DNA of 40,724 bases from a virus (taxonomy: Duplodnaviria > Heunggongvirae > Uroviricota > Caudoviricetes): IMG/VR virus record IMGVR_UViG_2565956726_000012, positions 1 through 40,724 of that record, one strand, 5' to 3'. Numbering within the stretch: the first letter of the stretch is position 1; each line of letters opens with the position of its first letter. The position numbers and the translations under genes were made by a program. Positions 8,230 through 16,685 of this stretch are shown here, piece after piece. A model generated the notes under the pieces. That model worked only from the letters and a program-made list of their open reading frames with translations. It had not been told where the DNA came from and searched no databases.

Positions 8230-8243
8230 TGTGACATGTCACA
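8230..8243. repeat. Perfect 14-bp palindrome TGTGACATGTCACA (copy 1 of the GTGACATGTCAC family)
   Basis: Exact self-complementary sequence; same 12-bp core recurs at 25642-25653 and 27907-27918. Confidence 0.8.
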
Positions 8244-8804
8244 CTACATTGATATATGATTCATAAAGTAGCTTAAAGATTTACTTCCCAGAAAAGAAAT
8301 TTCTTTTCCTGGATATGTCGCAATAATTGAGCATGACTTATCCCCGTTAGAGGTAACAAATCCTGAATAACCTACTTGTTCTTTACCATTTTGTTGCTTG
8401 GCTAAAAAGTAGAGGTAGCTTATCTTTTTGCCCTCTGGGTAAAACTCTGCCAAACCAGTATCGGTGATTGAATATTTTATTCTCCCGCCTTGAGTAACGT
8501 TTTCCATCTCAAGTTTAGCTATGTCTTTTCTGTTGTATTCAGCATTGATTTTCCTTTTGAAATCAATGTTGTTTTCAAATGAGTAGGAAGCAACAGTCTG
8601 AATAGATGGGAACACGTTTATCTGGATGCCTCCACAGTCGGCACAGGTATAAAGGTATGAATCAGATGGAATCCCCATAAAAGAAAACTGAGTTACCTTA
8701 AATTTATCGCTATCTCCAAAGTATTGAAGTTCGCATTTAACATTTTTCCCTGCAAAAGAAAATGCAGACATCAATATTGAAACAAAAAATATAATTGCCT
8801 TCAT
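8244..8804 (-). CDS. AT-rich secreted protein (cargo gene), possible superinfection-exclusion or conversion function
   Basis: Signal peptide MKAIIFFVSILMSAFSFAG; markedly lower GC than neighbours; sits after the ejection-protein genes and before the tailspike. Confidence 0.6.
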   Translation of the reverse strand: MKAIIFFVSILMSAFSFAGKNVKCELQYFGDSDKFKVTQFSFMGIPSDSYLYTCADCGGIQINVFPSIQTVASYSFENNIDFKRKINAEYNRKDIAKLEMENVTQGGRIKYSITDTGLAEFYPEGKKISYLYFLAKQQNGKEQVGYSGFVTSNGDKSCSIIATYPGKEISFLGSKSLSYFMNHISM

Positions 8805-8806
8805 TA

Positions 8807-11359
8807 TTATTTACCTAGCATGAACTGCGATGGTGGGATCAGAAAGTCGTTACCCTGCTCACGCTCAACACGGCGCTGATAACGCTCAAGAGAGCCTGGG
8901 TCAAGGGCATCTTGTATCCGGTTCAATATTAAACCATTCATCGCCGTACGAAGCCAGAACACGTTGAGGAATGGCGTATTGTCAAGTGCCGTGCGATACC
9001 AGTCACCCAAATCTGCATCCCCTCTCGTGGTCTGCTGGAGCAGCGTGATAATGCTGTCAGCGTTCGATGCTGCTGGCCCCATTAGCGACGTAACCGGCCC
9101 GGCCCCCATGCGGTTGACCTCGCCAAACATGAAGTCACCCAAGATGCCAAGACCGCCCCCCTGAGATGCGGCTGCGAGAAACGTCTTGGCATCTGCCGGG
9201 CGTGGTGTTTGCCCTTTCAGCATGAGTTTTGACTGCATGGAGATATAACCAAACATAGTCGCCCAGACAAAGAGGTTTGCAGCACCAAGGAAAGCCCCCT
9301 TCCCGTTACGTAGCAGCGCATTCGTCAGCGATCCGGTTTTCGACTCACCAAGCCCAGCAGGAATATAACCACGCCCGAATACTTCGCGTCCTAGTACGTT
9401 CTGCATGAAGCTTGCAGTGAACGATTTGTACTGACCAGCGAATCGTATTGCTTCCCCAGCCACCGTTCCTGGCACCGTGCCCATCTTCATAAACGCCTGC
9501 GTGCGATCGCCAGGCTCTGACATGGCGATATTCAGGCGGTCAAGGATGTAGCCGCGCAACTGCCCTTCCAATTGATCGCGTGCGTCAGCGATAGCGCGCT
9601 GCGTTGGTTTGATCCCCTTACTCTCTACATAACCGGCAATCACTTCGTCAGGCACGCCGCGGATGCCGCTGGTCGTCATGAACTTACGACCTTCGCTATC
9701 GGCCATGTCCATGTTGCGAAAAATTTCCCACTCACGTTCGCCAATACCGTGCAGATCCAGCACGCGTCGCAGGTCTTCCGGTAGCCGCGCATGAGACTGG
9801 TCAGCATTCTTTGCAAGCCAGTTGGTTATCATCATGGCGTTGCTGTTGCGACCGCTCTCGGTCCAGAAGTTCATGAGGTTGTACTTAAAGAAAAGCTGCT
9901 GCGCGCGACCAAGCTTTCCATTCAGCGTGTCATCACCAGATATGCGCCGGATGATTTCCTGCGTCATGGAGTCGGAATAAACTCCGATAGAGGAAAGGAT
10001 CTCTTTCTGCTCCGCGCTGTTGTAACGCGTGAAGCGGCCTCTCATAGCACCAAGCAACGCCTGCATAAAATTCTGCCCTTGGTAGCGCATCTCGGTAGCG
10101 GCGATAGGCACGTCGTTAAACGATGAGATTACCGCGCCACCAAGTTGGCTCATACGCAACCAGCCGCGTACAGCCGCCGACGCATTGGCCCAGCCTACGC
10201 TGCCAGGAATATTTAGCGAGCCGTCAACCTGCGGCATTACGGTACGGTTAATGCGACGCACCTTCGTCATGTAGTCAGCCAACGCTGCCGGTCTTCCGGA
10301 TTTGCTGATATCTTCAGCAATGGCGTCCGTCAGGTACTTAAACATGTTCTGTGGGTTAGTGCCCAGTACGCGCATCATGCCCGTTGTGCGGGCAGCGCTG
10401 TTTAAGCCACCAAACAGCGCTTCTCGCAGGCTGCCGGTGCCGAATTGCTGGTTGTACTCGTGCCACGAGATACCATCTTTGAAGTGCAAAATTCGCTCTT
10501 GGCTGGCGCGTTTAGCTGCGTTCGCCGATCCCTTAAAGCCATTCATCCAATCGGGCTTTTCAGATGTAAGATGCACGCCGGAAGCCAGCCCGTTATAAAT
10601 GTTACGCATGAACTGCTCGCGGTCAGCCACGCCGTCAAAAGTGCGCTCATCAAGGCGCGGGAGAATAGCATTTCGCCATGCTTCATAACCTGCGGCGCGG
10701 ATCTTCATGATGTCGTGTGACTGGCGCACTATATAGCCCGGCTCTTTGCGTATCCATGCCCCGGCGCGGTTCTCATCAATGCGCGCAGTTTCCTGCCATT
10801 TCATGATGATTTGTGCAGCGCTTACGGATTGCTTTGTCATACCGTCAGTTGACTGCCCGCGCCCTATGCGCCACATTGCATCGGCAATTTCCCGGTCATT
10901 GCTGCCGCTGGCGATGAATTGCACCAGCCCGGCACGGTCAAAATCGTAGTTGATACCGGAATGATACTTGCCGCGCAGTTGCGCCACCTCCGAAGATACC
11001 GACCGGCGGGCGCCGGTACGCGCATCGTTGCGGCCAACCAGCATTGCTTCAAGCCCGATATCCGGGCGGTCTTTCCAGATAGTACGAAGCTCTCTAAGTC
11101 GTTGTGCGGCAATACGGGCGTTGATTGCCTTATTGCGAGCCTCAATCTGTTTTGCCAGCATATCGGCATTGCTCAGTTCTTCCGCTGCGCGCATCGCGGC
11201 CTCTTCCAGAGACAGCGCCTCATTGGTCGCCAGAATTCGCCTAGTGGTGTCGTTCATGTCACGCACCAGCGACTCCATCTCATCGGAAGAAAGCTCGCGA
11301 CCAGCGGCAGCATTTACACTGCGCTCGCACTGCGTCAAAAATTCGTTTGCTGCCATCAC
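8807..11359 (-). CDS. Large internal virion/ejection protein
   Basis: 850 aa; in operon after the transglycosylase-domain protein; overlapping start/stop with neighbours. Confidence 0.65.
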   Translation of the reverse strand: MMAANEFLTQCERSVNAAAGRELSSDEMESLVRDMNDTTRRILATNEALSLEEAAMRAAEELSNADMLAKQIEARNKAINARIAAQRLRELRTIWKDRPDIGLEAMLVGRNDARTGARRSVSSEVAQLRGKYHSGINYDFDRAGLVQFIASGSNDREIADAMWRIGRGQSTDGMTKQSVSAAQIIMKWQETARIDENRAGAWIRKEPGYIVRQSHDIMKIRAAGYEAWRNAILPRLDERTFDGVADREQFMRNIYNGLASGVHLTSEKPDWMNGFKGSANAAKRASQERILHFKDGISWHEYNQQFGTGSLREALFGGLNSAARTTGMMRVLGTNPQNMFKYLTDAIAEDISKSGRPAALADYMTKVRRINRTVMPQVDGSLNIPGSVGWANASAAVRGWLRMSQLGGAVISSFNDVPIAATEMRYQGQNFMQALLGAMRGRFTRYNSAEQKEILSSIGVYSDSMTQEIIRRISGDDTLNGKLGRAQQLFFKYNLMNFWTESGRNSNAMMITNWLAKNADQSHARLPEDLRRVLDLHGIGEREWEIFRNMDMADSEGRKFMTTSGIRGVPDEVIAGYVESKGIKPTQRAIADARDQLEGQLRGYILDRLNIAMSEPGDRTQAFMKMGTVPGTVAGEAIRFAGQYKSFTASFMQNVLGREVFGRGYIPAGLGESKTGSLTNALLRNGKGAFLGAANLFVWATMFGYISMQSKLMLKGQTPRPADAKTFLAAASQGGGLGILGDFMFGEVNRMGAGPVTSLMGPAASNADSIITLLQQTTRGDADLGDWYRTALDNTPFLNVFWLRTAMNGLILNRIQDALDPGSLERYQRRVEREQGNDFLIPPSQFMLGK

Positions 11360-13053
11360 ATCCCCCGGTTAATCATACAGGCGGCAAATGCCCGGAAAGC
11401 GTTGCTCATGCTATTGTCGCTGGCGTCGGCACGAATATCATTGAGTTTCTGGCGCAACGTGGTCGCAAGATCAGGGTTATCGACAGCGATATCGTCAAGC
11501 AGGGCGTTACTCAGGTTGAGCTCGTTATCAAGGTCTGCAGCGGCAGCGGTAATTTCATGATCTGCCTTTTGCGTTTCTTGATAAACCCGATCGGCTGTTT
11601 CGCTTGCTGGGCGAGCCGTTTCATCAACCTGCCGTGCCGGGTTCTGTATGCGATGGATGGCGCGTTCACGCAGTGCCGGTTTGTGCAGTTCATAGAAGGG
11701 CTCAACATCTGGGCTACGTCCTTCCATCATGTGTGCCAGCGCAGCGCGATACGCCTGCTGGTTCACGTTCCAGTCAGCATCCCTGATGGCGCTTGCGGCA
11801 GTGCGAACTGCGCCAGCGACCGGCGACATCTGCATGCCGTCCAGGATCTGCTGCGCACGCTCGGAAATGGTGACTTTCAGGTCGTCGGGGATCTCGCCGC
11901 GGGAAATCTGAGACTGGCGCCAGCGCGCCTGCTCTGCTGTCGCGTTCTGCTCCAGCGATGTGTTGATCTCCTGATTGCGTGCAGCGATGGCGTCTTTCTC
12001 GGCCTGAATCTCTTTCAGTGCCCTAGAGCGCGCATCCTTAAACTTCATCCGCTGCCCCTGATACTTTTTGGTGCGCTGCTGCAGCGTCGCATCAAGCGAG
12101 TCAGCATGACGTTGATTAGCCGCAAGCTCGGCACGCAGGTCGGCAACGTTACCGATCTGACCGCTCTGTAATTCCTGCTGGCGCGCCATATAGTCAGGAA
12201 CCACGTCGTCATAAGCCCGGCTGTATGCGTAGCTCTCCGCTTCACTGGAAATGGCCGCCGCCAGATCTGCGTTAGCGCCAACCTCAGGGATATTCACGCC
12301 CGCCGGAATGTTGTCAGGCGTTATCACCGGGGTTGGCTGCGCATCGCCAGAAAACGCCGGGGACTCTCCCGTTGCAGCATCGGGAACGCGACGCGGTCGC
12401 ACGATATCGGCGATAAGGCCGCCGCCGGCATGCATTAGACCGCCAGCCATCGTGTTAAAGAAAGTACTTTCCAACGCGTTGCTATAGGTGAAGTCGTCAC
12501 CTTCCGCCGCCGCTGCCAGCCCGGTAAGCGGCACGGTCACCACCGCCTGCGCTGCCCCCATGCGTGCACCAGCAACAAATCGCTCGCCAAATCGGCCAAG
12601 CACAGAAGCCGCCTTTGCTTCTCCAGCGAACGGAACCAGCGCCAGCGCCACGTTACCAGGATCTGCCATTGAACCAGCTAGGCTGGCTGCGAAATTAAGC
12701 GGCGTGGCTACCCATCCGCTCGGTGCCGACATCGCGATCTGCTGGCGTGCCAGAGAATCTTTGCGTTCGGCAATAACATGATCGAGAAAAGCCTGCGTAA
12801 CGCCAGAATCTGGCACGTTTATGCTCTTTACGCCGTACTGCTTCAGGAGCTCATCCGCTTCCTGCTTGCTGATAACTGTAGAGTTTGGGTCATTCGCCAG
12901 CGAGTCGGCCTGCGCAAAGCGGTAGCCGGACATGACCGGCCCCTCTTCAAATCCCTGCTTAAGGGAAGAAAGCAGCGATTCACCAAGCCCTGCTGGCGCG
13001 TTGCCAATTGGCTGGTTAATTCCCTGTCCCGGATCATCTGTGTAAATTGGCAT
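11356..13053 (-). CDS. Internal virion/ejection protein
   Basis: 565 aa; Ala/Gln-rich predicted coiled regions; operon position between two large internal proteins. Confidence 0.6.
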   Translation of the reverse strand: MPIYTDDPGQGINQPIGNAPAGLGESLLSSLKQGFEEGPVMSGYRFAQADSLANDPNSTVISKQEADELLKQYGVKSINVPDSGVTQAFLDHVIAERKDSLARQQIAMSAPSGWVATPLNFAASLAGSMADPGNVALALVPFAGEAKAASVLGRFGERFVAGARMGAAQAVVTVPLTGLAAAAEGDDFTYSNALESTFFNTMAGGLMHAGGGLIADIVRPRRVPDAATGESPAFSGDAQPTPVITPDNIPAGVNIPEVGANADLAAAISSEAESYAYSRAYDDVVPDYMARQQELQSGQIGNVADLRAELAANQRHADSLDATLQQRTKKYQGQRMKFKDARSRALKEIQAEKDAIAARNQEINTSLEQNATAEQARWRQSQISRGEIPDDLKVTISERAQQILDGMQMSPVAGAVRTAASAIRDADWNVNQQAYRAALAHMMEGRSPDVEPFYELHKPALRERAIHRIQNPARQVDETARPASETADRVYQETQKADHEITAAAADLDNELNLSNALLDDIAVDNPDLATTLRQKLNDIRADASDNSMSNAFRAFAACMINRGM

Positions 13054-13054
13054 G

Positions 13055-15676
13055 TTATCGTCCTGATTGCTGGCCGTTCTGGAAAATGTTAATCAGGTTG
13101 TCGCGCTGACTTTCTGCGCTGTATTCCTTAGACTGTCCGGGAGTATATTTCACCGGAGTATCAATGAACTTGGTAATGCTGTTCCATACTGATCGGTTGG
13201 TTGTTCCCAGTTTCGCCAGATCGTTGAACGGCACCGTAATCGGGTTGCCGTCGGCACCGTTGACGATCAGCCCGTTGAGCATCAGGGTAAGTCCTGTTTC
13301 GTCGCTGTTGGTAACCCACTGCGCATTATCACGAATGCGGGAGATACTCTGCTCACGGTTGACCTCATCAGGTAGCCTTGGGTCACCAATAAGCGGCATA
13401 ATCTGATCTGCTGACAGGTTTTTCAGATACGCATTGGCACCATCGTTAACGTCACGAATATCTATCCCTGCACGATTAGGTAGCCGCCAAGTGCCATTGG
13501 TCTGGTACTGCTCGCCGAGGATGTCCTGATACGCCTGTTTTGCTGCATCAGACGCCGACATTCCGCGCTGCATGTTGATGTAAGTAAGTCGTTTTCCCTG
13601 CTCGTTGAAGTTATTCCACACGGCAGTGCCACCAGGCTGAACAACCATCGTGCCAGCAAAATCTTTCGATTGGTCATTCCATGACGAGTCGGCGCTATCC
13701 GCGTCGGTTTTCTCAAGACTGCCGCGTAAGTCAGCAGTTTTAACGCTACGGTTTTGCCAGAGCGCATTTGCCGCGCGCGGGTTCTCGGTAGCCATGACAA
13801 CCTGCAACGCAGGATAAGCGCTCTTCTGAACCTGCTGCATCACCTGATCCGAGTATTTGCCGAACGACTGCGCCACCGACTGAATGGCCTTAACGCTAGA
13901 TTCCTGCGTGTTGTCAATACGCTGCAGTACATCATTGACCATGGACTCCGGTAAAACTTTTTTGCTCATTATCCCCAGGCGGTCTTTTTCAGACTGTATG
14001 CGAGAAACTAGGTATTCACCAGATGAAGGGTCATTCAGGTACTGCTGGAATGCAGCCTGCACAACCGGAGAGTTTTGTTGCAGCCATGCCCCCGGATCCG
14101 CTTCCCGCGCCTTCAGTACCTGCCCAAGCTTGACCTTTGCCGATGCATAAAGCTCTGCTTTGTATTTAAAGTCAGGGTCGTTTTCCTGCGGTGCCATTGC
14201 CTGCACGGCGGCGGTACCCTGCTGGACGTTGCCCTGCATAATGGTCTGATAAACAGGTTGTAGCGTCATTGCCTGCTGGTATTGCTGGAAGGTTTTTTCC
14301 ATCTGCAGGCGCTCGGCAGGCGCTGCCTGAAGCGGCATAACGGCGGCCCATTCGTGCGCTGAAATAGGCGTCACCTGCTTACCGGCCTCAATTTTGGATA
14401 GGTCGTCCTGCATTCGACTCTGTAGCGCAACGCGACCGGCTGAAGCCTGCATGTCGTACATGCCAGCAACCTTGCTCATCATCTGCGACTTTTTGTCCGG
14501 ACTCATGGCGTTCCAGAATGGCTGTGCGATGAGGTTTTCCATCGTCGCAGATCCAGGAATAGCTCCAGCACTGCCAGTTACTTTTGCCACATAATTGCGC
14601 GTCTCGTCGTATGGGATAGCTGCGGCAAACTGGGCGTTACTGACTTCGCCTGTGCGCGGATCGCCAATCTGTTTAATCCAGCCGTCAACCTTTCCTGGGC
14701 CAGCGTTATAGGCAGCTACTGCCAGAACCGGGTTATTGTCGTATTTCTTCATCTGCGCGCCGAAATAAGCTTGCCCCAAGCGGGCATTATAGCGCGGGTC
14801 ATTCAACCATTTATCGCGGTCCCACGGCACGCCAGCAAGGCGGGAAGCTTCGGGGCCAGTATCTTCCGTCACCTGCGCTACGCCAACAGCGCCTTTTGGC
14901 GACACCAGAGGTGTTCCGTCCTTTCCGTACTGATTTCCGCCACTCTCCTGCCAGATTATTGCAGAGAATAACTGCGCCTCACTCGGTGTATCGGTTACCT
15001 CAATCTTGCCGTTCGGACCCATGATCTGTTGATACATCGGCACATACCACGCCTCCGCCGCACCGTTCGCGGCATTCTCGCGCCACGAAACCCAGTTCTG
15101 TTCGATCTCTTCCTGACTCTGGCCGTGGGCTTCGCCGTAAGCGATGATGCTATGATATGCCTTCAATCCTGCCTGGTTTGCCATTGTCGGGTTACGGAAC
15201 TGCATCGATAGGTTTTTTAGTGTCGCATCCTGCATATCCGCCTCATACTGGCGAACCTGTCCTATTTCGTACCTCCCGGCCTGCGTAGTGAACTGAATGC
15301 GCTGCTGCTGCGCCTGCTGCATGAAAGCATTACGAGCCTGTTCATCCGGCAGCGACACAGCCAGTTGTTCGACCTGAGCATCAAACTGCTGCGTATACTC
15401 CTGACCTTTTCCAATAGCATTTTTCCCTTTCAGGTTAAGCAATCCTGTTTCAGGATTATTCAGCAGATCACTGCTTATCTGACTGAGGTTAAGAGATGCC
15501 TCCTGAGCCAGAGCGATATTGGCACGCTGTTTTGCCTGACCAAAAACATCAATTGCCTCTGCCCCTGCCCGAACAAAAGCATCACCAATACCTGGCTGAG
15601 AAAACGTCTGCAAGCCTGCTGACTGAACTCCACGGCTCTGAACCTGACGGCCGGATACTGTTGGTACGACTGGCAT
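13055..15676 (-). CDS. Internal virion protein with lytic transglycosylase (SLT) domain
   Basis: SLT motifs WQESGGNQ, GVAQV, AAYNAGPG; GGAGG RBS before ATG 15676 (TAATG overlap with upstream stop); track ORF to 15751 is an N-terminal over-extension. Confidence 0.8.
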   Translation of the reverse strand: MPVVPTVSGRQVQSRGVQSAGLQTFSQPGIGDAFVRAGAEAIDVFGQAKQRANIALAQEASLNLSQISSDLLNNPETGLLNLKGKNAIGKGQEYTQQFDAQVEQLAVSLPDEQARNAFMQQAQQQRIQFTTQAGRYEIGQVRQYEADMQDATLKNLSMQFRNPTMANQAGLKAYHSIIAYGEAHGQSQEEIEQNWVSWRENAANGAAEAWYVPMYQQIMGPNGKIEVTDTPSEAQLFSAIIWQESGGNQYGKDGTPLVSPKGAVGVAQVTEDTGPEASRLAGVPWDRDKWLNDPRYNARLGQAYFGAQMKKYDNNPVLAVAAYNAGPGKVDGWIKQIGDPRTGEVSNAQFAAAIPYDETRNYVAKVTGSAGAIPGSATMENLIAQPFWNAMSPDKKSQMMSKVAGMYDMQASAGRVALQSRMQDDLSKIEAGKQVTPISAHEWAAVMPLQAAPAERLQMEKTFQQYQQAMTLQPVYQTIMQGNVQQGTAAVQAMAPQENDPDFKYKAELYASAKVKLGQVLKAREADPGAWLQQNSPVVQAAFQQYLNDPSSGEYLVSRIQSEKDRLGIMSKKVLPESMVNDVLQRIDNTQESSVKAIQSVAQSFGKYSDQVMQQVQKSAYPALQVVMATENPRAANALWQNRSVKTADLRGSLEKTDADSADSSWNDQSKDFAGTMVVQPGGTAVWNNFNEQGKRLTYINMQRGMSASDAAKQAYQDILGEQYQTNGTWRLPNRAGIDIRDVNDGANAYLKNLSADQIMPLIGDPRLPDEVNREQSISRIRDNAQWVTNSDETGLTLMLNGLIVNGADGNPITVPFNDLAKLGTTNRSVWNSITKFIDTPVKYTPGQSKEYSAESQRDNLINIFQNGQQSGR

Positions 15677-16221
15677 TATAATCCTCCGGGTAATCTGGTT
15701 CCTGCTGCTGCCCCGATTGGCGCAGGGGTGCTTTGAGTAAACGGACTCCACGTCCCACCAAACATCTGGTACGCACCGTATGCCTTCAGAGGCGCAGTGA
15801 GCAATGTTGTTGCTGCTCCCACATTCCCCTGTTTACGGGCTGAACTGGCTTCTGCTTTATAGTTGGCAGCCTGAACCTGATAACCGTAAGCCTCGCGTTG
15901 CGCGTTATTCACCGTCGTCAGAGAATCAAGAGCGCCAAACTGGGCAGTGTCGCCAAATATATCCAGCGCGTTACCTGTAGATAAATCAGCGCCGGTAGCC
16001 CCCATTGTCGCCGCCTGTGTACCAAGCCGCTGTCGGGTCTCTCTGCGCCGTTGCTCAGCTTCAGCGTTACCTCTGTTTATTGCATCATTTGCCTGAGCTG
16101 TGGCTATATCTGCGTTCGCTTCTGCAACCTTCGAGGCATACTTTCCCTGTTGGTACTGGGTGTATGCCTGAATGCCACTCATGGCGAGCATTGCGCCACC
16201 AGCAATAACCGGATCGCACAT
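15676..16221 (-). CDS. Internal virion protein (T7 gp14-like position)
   Basis: 181 aa; N-terminal hydrophobic segment then Ala/Gln-rich region; operon position. Confidence 0.5.
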   Translation of the reverse strand: MCDPVIAGGAMLAMSGIQAYTQYQQGKYASKVAEANADIATAQANDAINRGNAEAEQRRRETRQRLGTQAATMGATGADLSTGNALDIFGDTAQFGALDSLTTVNNAQREAYGYQVQAANYKAEASSARKQGNVGAATTLLTAPLKAYGAYQMFGGTWSPFTQSTPAPIGAAAGTRLPGGL

Positions 16222-16685
16222 TATTTTCTCTCCATGTGAAATCTGTGGAAATTAAGACCAAGAGCACCATAAGGCGCGGCTTCTTCAAGCCTGAATCCAA
16301 GCCAGTGCAGCCATGCTTTGGCAACATGGTTTCGCTCGTCGACGTAGTTTTCCAGGCGCGGATAAACTGCCAGCATCTGCTGCAATACAGGGCGGCAGTG
16401 GCGAAGAAATGTCTTCTGATATTTTTCAATACGGCTGGTTCCTACCAGCCAGGGCGTACCATTGCCACCGATCATTGACGCCGGAGATACGCCAAACATG
16501 GTTACCAGTTCTCCGTTCGCAAATCCTGACCAGGCCATAGTCGCAGTACGCAGACCAACACGCAGCGCATCTTCGGTAGTCATCAGTGATACCGCATACA
16601 GTTCGTCAATATCAGCCTGACGAACATCCGGCAAAATCATCTGAAGATGCTCTTCGGTTGCGGGAATAATTTGAACATCGATCAT
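16221..16685 (-). CDS. Internal virion protein (T7 gp13-like position)
   Basis: 154 aa immediately downstream of tail tubular B; coupled start/stop. Confidence 0.45.
   Translation of the reverse strand: MIDVQIIPATEEHLQMILPDVRQADIDELYAVSLMTTEDALRVGLRTATMAWSGFANGELVTMFGVSPASMIGGNGTPWLVGTSRIEKYQKTFLRHCRPVLQQMLAVYPRLENYVDERNHVAKAWLHWLGFRLEEAAPYGALGLNFHRFHMERK

Noticed and set aside
8230-8243. TGTGACATGTCACA as a CRP binding site
   Set aside because: CRP sites are TGTGA-N6-TCACA; here the spacer is 4 bp, so the half-site phasing does not fit.
9791-12171. Numerous plus-strand ORFs inside the large minus-strand structural genes (for example 10919..11560, 11347..12171)
   Set aside because: All are antisense to long ORFs with coupled start/stop organisation; products are Arg/Ala/Ser-rich typical of GC-rich antisense frames; no RBS.
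13055-15751. 898-aa version of the transglycosylase-domain internal protein
   Set aside because: The extra 25 codons overlap the upstream gene; a GGAGG RBS and TAATG stop/start overlap favour ATG 15676.
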